A stretch of DNA of 64,000 bases from Eledone cirrhosa (taxonomy: Eukaryota): contig OZ024741.1 in NCBI GenBank assembly GCA_964016885.1, positions 68,944,001-69,008,000 on the forward strand, written 5' to 3'. A program made the position numbers and the translations under genes. Numbering within the stretch: the stretch's first letter is position 1; every line of letters begins with the position of its first letter. The notes under the pieces are model-generated. The model was not told where the DNA came from. It made no database searches and saw nothing but the letters and a program-made list of their open reading frames with translations. Shown here piece by piece: positions 56,123 through 64,000 of this stretch.

Positions 56123-56126
56123 AAAA
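56123..56126 (-). terminator. Pol III terminator (T4) of the tRNA-Pro gene
   Basis: TTTT 5 nt downstream of the tRNA 3' end on the minus strand. Confidence 0.6.
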
Positions 56127-56131
56127 CAATT

Positions 56132-56203
56132 GGGCTCGTCCGGGATTCGAACCCGGGACCACTCGCACCCTAAGCGAGAATCATACCCCTAGACCAACGA
56201 GCC
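56132..56203 (-). tRNA. tRNA-Pro: tRNA-Pro, anticodon AGG, intronless, 72 nt
   Basis: Minus strand GGCTCGTTGGTCTAGGGGTATGATTCTCGCTT-AGG-GTGCGAGTGGTCCCGGGTTCGAATCCCGGACGAGCCC. This is the canonical metazoan tRNA-Pro sequence with intact stems and A and B boxes. Confidence 0.97.
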
Positions 56204-56266
56204 GCTTATATTCTTTTTAATGAACAAAAAAGAACAATTTTAAATGATTATTGAGTACGTTGTGTG

Positions 56267-56453
56267 GGAGGTTGATTGACAGTACCGGTAGAGCGTCGGA
56301 AAACATGCTTTCAAATCCTGCCAAAGTTAGCTTTGTCTTTCGTTCTTACGAGGTCGATAAAATAAAGTACCAGTAACACACTGGTGTCGATTTAATGGAC
56401 TTCCCCTTCCCCTTCAAATCGTTGGCCTTCTGCCAAAACGTAGAAACAATTAC
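56267..56453 (+). mobile_element. tRNA-derived SINE (same family as 44238)
   Basis: TTCAAATCCTGCC...GAGGTCGATAAAATAAAGTACCAGT...GGCCTTCTGCCAAAACGTAGAAACAATTA. Confidence 0.78.
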
Positions 56454-56667
56454 TACGGCTTTCAACTCAATGAAAATATTCTCCATAACTTCATTTTATG
56501 ACCGGATTGTACCTTTAATTCATATAAACGTTAGGTAATTGAGAGATGACTTTATGATTGGAAAATACAAAAAGATTGTATTGGAACAAAGAGTCGATCC
56601 TGATTATCTCTTTATTAGAGTGAAACAAACATATTTTCGTAGACCTGCAAGGCATAACAATAATATC

Positions 56668-56755
56668 TCTGAGTTCAAATCCCCCGAGGTGAACTTTGCC
56701 TATCATCTATGGGAGGTCAATGAAAAAAAGTACTAGTCATGTACTGGATTCGATT
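56668..56755 (+). mobile_element. SINE internal fragment
   Basis: TCTGAGTTCAAATCCCCCGAGGTGAACTTTGCCTATCATC...AAGTACTAGT. Confidence 0.7.
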
Positions 56756-57234
56756 ATTCCTCTATATTTCTTTCTCGCTTCTATTTTCTCCTTCTCTATC
56801 CTTTTTTGGAAGAAATCTGCTGTATTCAGGAGTTATGAGAAAAAGAAAGATATAGGTATATAGCGCCCTTTTTAACATGTATCTTAATTAACTACCAATA
56901 CGGACGCTAATTATATTCATATTAGATTAGTACGTCCATTTCAGAATAATACTAAGAACGAATGGATATGTAAGTCAATCAAATGCATGTATCCTTGTGG
57001 TTGTTTAGATGATATACACACCTTTTGATGAGAGCCCAACTATGTCTGAAAATCAATTGAAAGTGTTTCTGGGGGTTTTTTTGTCGATTTACAGGGAAAT
57101 TCGTATTTTCTAGCATGTTTACATGCTAACACATTAAAAATGTATATATTTATATACACACTGGTGCAGTCTTGGTTACCTACTCTGTATGTATACAGAT
57201 ATAACTTTATCGTGCACATTCTTTATAATATATA

Positions 57235-57352
<118 letters not shown>

Positions 57353-57354
57353 TA

Positions 57355-57577
57355 TTATAAGAACAGATTAAATTTAAGCAAAGAATCGCTGCTTTCACCC
57401 TTAACGGGATCTTCTGAAACTCGAGGAACCCGTTAAGGGTAAAAGCAGCGATTCTTTGCTTAAACTTTAATCTGTTCTTATAACAAATATTTGCCCTACG
57501 GGTTTATATATATTTTATATATATATAATCCTTATCGAGCCCTCTTCGGATTTTAGTCTTCACATTTATTATTACTA
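57355..57577 (+). mobile_element. Family C fold-back (arms about 54 bp, 20-nt spacer, tail)
   Basis: Arms 57355-57408 and 57429-57483. The tail ATCCTTATCGAGCCCTCTT matches 50800-50850. Flanked by (TA)n. Confidence 0.85.
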
Positions 57578-57589
57578 TATATATATATA

Positions 57590-57771
57590 ACGCAGGAAGT
57601 GTGGCAAGGAACCAGATGGACTATGGTCCAGAGTACTCAATACTTAGGGTAGTAGAGTGGGTAATAGGAAAATGTTTAACCCCGACGGCAGAGCTCAAGC
57701 TGTTTCGACGGCTATTTCAGAAATAGCCGTAAACGGCTTGAGCTCTGCCGTCGGGGTTAAACATTTGTCTA
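57590..57771 (-). mobile_element. Fold-back family A, copy 3 (reverse orientation, 1-nt loop at 57719)
   Basis: The tail is the reverse complement of 43890-43965, and the hairpin reads ...GCTATTTC a GAAATAGC... Confidence 0.85.
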
Positions 57772-57799
57772 TATAATATATATATATATATATATATAA

Positions 57800-57865
<66 letters not shown>

Positions 57866-57968
57866 ATATATGTGTGTGTGTGTGTATAAGAGATGTCAAC
57901 ATGAATGGACCTACATTTTTCCAATTCCATCCCGCCCGTCCCTTCTATCTATCTTATTTCTCATTCTT

Positions 57969-58004
57969 TCTTCTGATGAAGGACTAGCATCCGAAACGTT
58001 AAGA
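57969..58004 (+). ncRNA. Minimal type-I hammerhead ribozyme motif
   Basis: TCTT-CTGATGA-A-GGA ctagca TCC-GAAACGTT-AAGA, with stem I TCTT/AAGA, stem II GGA/TCC and a palindromic stem III. A decayed relative lies at 55643-55681 (minus strand). Confidence 0.65.
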
Positions 58005-58088
58005 CCCTCTTCCTGCTATATCAAGCGTTAACCTAATATAAACATTCCATATACTGTACCGATTGTGTTGTTATTTCTGTTTACCTTT

Positions 58089-58144
<56 letters not shown>

Positions 58145-58353
58145 AGATTATTGACGGGGAGAAGAGAAAACACTTACGTCACAGATTAGTAAAGTTAGGA
58201 AAATAACAAAGAGTAGACAAGACAAAAAACGAAAGCCAGGTAAAACAAAAAACAATGTTTTGAAGGGTAAACCTTAAAAGATTGTTTTTTTTTAATAAAA
58301 ATACAAACGAAAGAATATACATACATAAATATACTTATTTGTGTCGAGGTATG

Positions 58354-58425
<72 letters not shown>

Positions 58426-58438
58426 CATATATATATAC

Positions 58439-58471
<33 letters not shown>

Positions 58472-58491
58472 CATATATATACATATACATA

Positions 58492-58523
<32 letters not shown>

Positions 58524-58528
58524 CATAT

Positions 58529-58607
<79 letters not shown>

Positions 58608-58617
58608 AATATATAGA

Positions 58618-58688
<71 letters not shown>

Positions 58689-59100
58689 ATTTTCTTCTCG
58701 TTGCCATTATACACCAGCGTTATTCTTTATCTTTTCATAAAGCAGCTACTACTTGACTATCTCGACTAGGGGCGGGGAGTGATGGGAACAGAACAGGTAA
58801 TAGTGTGATACCTTTTGAAGTTGAAACATAAATTGTATTGAAGTAGGAAAGGGGTCAAGTAATCTAATAGATATAGAAATATGATGAGAGATAGTCAGAA
58901 AGGCTGTCGAAAATATATGTATCACACACACATAATTGCAAACGAATCGAATGTTATTATTAATATTCGAAAAAGTCAGATTACATTTATTATATATATA
59001 TATATTATTTTTAATTTCATTCGCACCGTTTTCTTTCGCTATATGTCTCTCCACCACTCCCCTACACACCCTTTGAACTCTGTTCCCACACACTTCTCAC

Positions 59101-59130
59101 CTGAGGAAGGGCTTATGCCCGAAACGAGGT
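59101..59130 (+). ncRNA. Hammerhead-like motif
   Basis: CTGAGGA-A-GGGC ttat GCCC-GAAAC, then AATAAA at 59167. Stems I and III are unclear. Confidence 0.5.
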
Positions 59131-59239
59131 TCCCCACCACCACTCCGCTCTCCAGAGCATGAAATGAATAAACATTCGTTGTACTGCCTCTCTGTTTTGT
59201 TCCTGTTCAAATTTTTCCATTATATATATGAAAACATAA

Positions 59240-59354
59240 TCTCTGATGATATGGGATCGATTGTGCATTGGATATCGAATGCTCTACTAAATATATAATA
59301 TTATAGATGTAGCGAGATCTAGGCAAATGGATGTCTATTGAAACGTACGTAAGA
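59240..59354 (+). ncRNA. Hammerhead motif with a long stem II insertion
   Basis: TCT-CTGATGA(59243)...about 90 nt...GAAAC GTAC GTA-AGA, with palindromic stem III ACGTACGT and AATAAA at 59359. Confidence 0.55.
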
Positions 59355-59397
59355 ACCGAATAAATCTCTTTTACTGCATCTTTCTGTTCTTTTAATT

Positions 59398-59504
<107 letters not shown>

Positions 59505-59614
59505 TATATATAACATTCCTATAATATATATATATTTATATATGTATATATATGTATATATATATTTATGTATGTATATATATATATATTTATGTATGTA
59601 TATATATATTTATG

Positions 59615-59710
<96 letters not shown>

Positions 59711-59937
59711 TATATATATATGTATATATAGTATTAATTATAATATTTATGGTTATGTAAATACAGAAACCTGATGCAGTTATATGTATTTTTTATACAA
59801 ACCCTAAATAGTGGTAGGCAGTAATGTATTACTACCTTATTACCAGTAAGTTAAGTAGCTCGATGTAAAAACATCAGATGATTTACAGAGCAGTTATATG
59901 AAATATAAGAATCAAAGAACTGTTCAAAACATTATTG

Positions 59938-59984
59938 TGCTTACAGCTGTTTCCTCCAAACCGAGGTTTGGATTCTTCGGAGCA
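59938..59984 (-). ncRNA. Minimal hammerhead motif with a core variant (CCGAAGA)
   Basis: TGCT-CCGAAGA-A-TCCAAACC tc GGTTTGGA-G-GAAAC AGCT GTA-AGCA. All three stems are present and stem III is palindromic. Confidence 0.62.
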
Positions 59985-60955
59985 ATTTATTAATGAATGG
60001 ACAGTTATATGACCTCCTTTTCAGCCAAGAGACATACCGATACATATGCAAATATTGTGGGTCAACATTCATTACAGAATTTAGAGTGGCAGTACACACT
60101 TCGAGATTACATTCATATTAAAAGGTACAATCAAAAATCAAAAATACAGGTTAAAATACAAGATGAAGATAAGCGGTTATATAGTGAAAATGTTATATGT
60201 GTGGGAAGCACGTGCGTCTTGTTTATATAGTGTGGCAGAGAGATATGTGTGGTAGAGGCGCTTAGGTAGGTAAACAAGAGTGTTAGGTTGGTAGATCTGG
60301 TGGCAAATTCTTTATATGATTGATATAGTCTGTGTGTGGAGAAATGATATAAGCATTAACAATAGTGCAAGCATTAAAAGTATTGGAGATGCACAGCGAA
60401 GGGATGACAAGTACTTCATGTACTTCGACATTTTCATGGTCAGGGGAGTGTATTTTTCGATTATATGCCCCTCACATAATCCACGACAATTCGATATTGA
60501 GCGTTTGACAATCCAGTTAGAGAATCGTAGTCTGATGTTCTTTAGTTCAATACAGGAGGCTGTTACGTTTCGAGAAACGACATTGAATACCACCCGGAAG
60601 TGTGTGTGTGGCTAAGGGGAGTTAATGCATGAGGGGAGGTAACTCCGGGGTTTCTATACCTAGCTATTGAAATGTGTCTCAATATAGACCCTAATTTCTA
60701 TGGTTATGCGCAACTTCCAAAAAATTTCCAAAGCATAAAGTGTTTTAACTATAGAGTAGTTTAATTAAGTTGTGCTGAAGGTGTTCGTATTATTATGGTG
60801 ATTAACCCCCATCGTAGGGTGCCACAAATGAATATTATAGACGATGAGCGAGGATTCTAAATTAATGATCTCTGTGGTTGTAGTCTACTCATAGGACCAG
60901 GCGCGGTGATTGCAGAATTACTTCAAGACACAATGATCTCTGGTAAGTTCTGGGT

Positions 60956-61035
60956 CATCGCTTGCTACATTGGATGTCGAAAGATAATCATCACCAGTGA
61001 TGATTATCTTTCGACATCCAATGTAGCAAGCGATG
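60956..61035. repeat. Perfect hairpin with 39-bp arms and a 2-nt loop
   Basis: CATCGCTTGCTACATTGGATGTCGAAAGATAATCATCAC ca GTGATGATTATCTTTCGACATCCAATGTAGCAAGCGATG. Confidence 0.9.
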
Positions 61036-61294
61036 GTCACTGACCTAAGAGAAGTATAAATAAATAAATAAATACATACAAAAGCACAATAACAACAAAC
61101 ACATATAAACACACACTAGTAAACTAAGATAGAATACAATAACCAATACACAGTCACCCAAACACGAACACATATCAAACAAAACACTATACACACACGC
61201 AAACGCATGCGCAGAGAAGACAAAAAAAAAACAAATAAATAAACGGACTAAATAAAGATGGCGTAGACATACAATACAATGGGAGGAAACATAA

Positions 61295-61600
61295 TAGCAC
61301 CACTGACGATGTTGCAGATGTGCAACGAAAGAACTTTGTTAGACTATATATATGTGTTTGTGTCTATATTGTATCTGTATTTTTGACCGTTGGTCAGTCA
61401 ATGGTAACATTGAGGACCGAATAAATTAAAGTAACCGATATAAAAGACACAGAAGCGAAAACCAACCAAACAGTGAGTGTGTTCTGTTATTAATTCTGGC
61501 AATATTATTACACAAATATGACCCTGCCCAAGTATAACAATATTTGTTTCGACACACGATTTCATATCAAAAACCCCGCAAAACTAATTCATTGCCGTTA
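61295..61600 (+). mobile_element. Family B-associated element with a hammerhead-like motif
   Basis: CTGACGA(61303)-T-GTTGCA gatg TGCAAC-GAAA. The downstream sequence matches 50231-50392 (CCGTTGGTCA...ACAGAAGCGAAAACCAACC). Confidence 0.7.
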
Positions 61601-61615
61601 TATATATATACATAA

Positions 61616-61646
<31 letters not shown>

Positions 61647-61647
61647 C

Positions 61648-61700
<53 letters not shown>

Positions 61701-62319
61701 AATAATGGAGCTGCGGCGCTGCAAATGGGTTACATATGAAAAAGTTTGTCCTCATCAGTGGCCATACAACCGTCGTAGGCATTTCTTCGCATTAAAGGCC
61801 ATATACCTCAGGTTGGTGCGAGCAAAGGCTAAAAAAAAGTCGTTGGGACACGTAAATAAGGGGGACGCTAGGGTAAACGAACAAAATGGTTTAAGCAGCA
61901 GAAAGTGATGAAGAAGGAAACAAGTCCCAGATTTCTATGAATATAAATTCGGTGGAATCGTGAACGAGAGAATAAAGACCATCAAACCTGGTTGAAATGT
62001 GAGCAAGGAAGGAATTTCGCACAGGTCTAACGGGAGGAAGAAGGGGTCTGGTCTGCGAATTCGGTAAACATAAGTTCTGTGAAGTCGCAGACGAGAGAGA
62101 GAGAGAGAAAAAAAATTCATACCGGCTTGGCCAAGTGCCCGCGAGAAAAGGATTATGGACAGGTCAAACGGGAAGAAAGGGGTGGAGGAGAGGTAGTGAC
62201 AGAGAGTGAGTAGTGAAAGGTGAGGAAGAGGCTAACAGAGAGAGAGACTGCTAGAAAGGGTAAAGACACAAAGAACGAAACAGACGGTGGCAGCGGAGGA
62301 AAAAATATATGTGTAAATA

Positions 62320-62380
<61 letters not shown>

Positions 62381-62445
62381 CATATATACATACATAAATA
62401 TATATATATACATACAGAAATATAAATATACATGCATAATATATA

Positions 62446-62780
62446 TCTGATGGTATCCAATGATGTTGACTTATTCTTCTTTTTGGTAAATATCATCTTG
62501 GTTAAGAGAGTGGGACTGGCTTTGTGCAGTGCCTTTGCTCACTATAAAAGCTTCACGGCACAGGCATTGCTTTATATCTGGAGATCTCTCTGCACTTGTC
62601 GTCACATGGTACCATGGGCCCAGCACTATGTGTCAATAATTGTCACAAGTGTAGTGTTTGTACCAGAGTTTTCAAGTCGCTGGCTGGACTAAAAAGTAAC
62701 ACTCGTTCAGCGCATCGGTAGGGGTTCTCCTACATGGATATAAAGTAGTGGCCGTACTGGAAAACAAGTTGGCAGCCACC
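62446..62780 (+). mobile_element. 3' fragment of a LINE (RTE-like) with a decayed C-terminal C2H2 zinc finger
   Basis: 62641-62721 translates to CHKCSVCTRVFKSLAGLKSNTRSAHR*, matching the CxxCxRxFxSxxGLxSHxRxH pattern of RTE-type ORF ends with the first His replaced by Asn. A short 3' UTR and a microsatellite tail follow. Confidence 0.65.
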
Positions 62781-62954
62781 ATATATATATGTATGCATGT
62801 GAATATGTAGAGGAGTGCATTTATGTATGTGTATGTATGTACGTTATGTATGTTTGTGTGAATGTATGTATGTATATGTGTGTGTGTATGGCTATGTTTG
62901 TGTATGTGTATGCTTGTACACACACATGTGTATGTGTATGTATGTGTATGTGTG

Positions 62955-63044
<90 letters not shown>

Positions 63045-63497
63045 ATGAATGTATGTATGTGTATATGTGTATATATGTGTATGTGTATGTAAGCCTACGT
63101 TATATATATATATGTGTAAATGTATATATGTATGCGTACATATATATATGTATATATGTATGTGTGTGTAAGTATGCTTTTGTGTTTTTGTGTGTGTGTT
63201 TGCATGTGTAGTTTTATTTTATTTTTCCTTGCCTTCTCCCTTCTCCAGCCTCACTTTCATATAAATTGCATTTTTGTTTTTTAAAATCCAAATTCAATAA
63301 ACAAACCAGGATTTTTTCATTCTGAGGATTGAAAGCAAAACCTTTTGCTTTTAAGAAACCACTGGTAAATGGAATAATTGCCTTATGTTGTTTATTACAT
63401 AATAATAATAATTAAGCTCTGTTGCCTACATAGAGCACTCTTTTTTCCTGGACTTTTCCGATGGAATTACTTCATTCATACATATATATATATATAT

Positions 63498-63734
63498 AAT
63501 GTAATCTGAGTTTTTCGAATATTTATAATAACATTCGATTCGTTTGCAATTATGCAGACAAGCCTCAATTTTATAGCCATGTCAACACAAGAGCAAGAAT
63601 GAAGTGTTCATTCTACTGACAAGGCTATAAAATTGAGGCTTGTTTGCATAATTGCAAACGAATCGAATGTTATTATTAATATTCGAAAAACTCAGATTTC
63701 ATTTATTGTATTCAGCCATGGAGAGCGAAATGTT

Positions 63735-63738
<4 letters not shown>
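63498..63738 (+). mobile_element. Family D fold-back (arms about 87 bp, 32-nt spacer, tail)
   Basis: Arms 63498-63584 and 63617-63703. The spacer, right arm and tail match 51770-51920. Flanked by (TA)n. Confidence 0.85.
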
Positions 63739-63814
<76 letters not shown>

Positions 63815-63817
<3 letters not shown>

Positions 63818-64000
63818 CGTTTCTGAATTTGTTTAGCAAGATTCTTTATCTGAAATCGTGTGTTGAAACCGATATTGTTATACTTTGGGAGGGTCATGTT
63901 GCCAATAAGAAACACACGCACCAGTTGCTTTCACTTCAATTTATTATATATTTATAAATTTACAAATCTACAAACTTATAAATTTCTGGTTGGTTGGTTG
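63815..64000 (-). mobile_element. Family B copy, truncated by the window end
   Basis: The reverse complement matches 49910-50062. Confidence 0.75.

Noticed and set aside
59997-60950. Possible decayed Penelope RT or GIY-YIG ORF upstream of the minus-strand hammerhead
   Set aside because: No RT or GIY-YIG motif could be recognised by eye. A frameshift-aware BLASTx or HMM search would be needed.
62641-62721. Host C2H2 zinc-finger gene exon
   Set aside because: It is a single finger lacking the first His and any TGEKP linker, followed by a stop and a microsatellite tail, which fits a LINE 3' end better.

Overview
Eukaryotic, AT- and microsatellite-rich DNA with no intact protein-coding gene. 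The SINE and (TA)n content resemble an octopus or other cephalopod genome, which is an inference. Bases 1-34,958 are a 30-bp satellite with 19-bp deletion monomers and nested kb-scale duplications, and its many ORFs are artefacts. A second, 28-bp satellite lies at 37,375-40,433. The rest contains one intact tRNA-Pro(AGG), tRNA-derived SINEs, Helitron pieces (one with both termini, one helicase motif VI remnant), a Tc1/mariner-type MITE and RTE-like LINE 3' ends. The most notable signal is a dense population of short, non-coding fold-back elements embedded in (TA)n. They belong to several families and carry minimal or degenerate type-I hammerhead ribozyme motifs (CTGANGA...GAAA(C)...NUH), often followed by AATAAA. 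This fits Penelope-like element pseudo-LTRs or retrozyme-like elements. The inversion point differs between copies and several times falls at the ribozyme core. All alignments and folds were made by eye, so boundaries are approximate.
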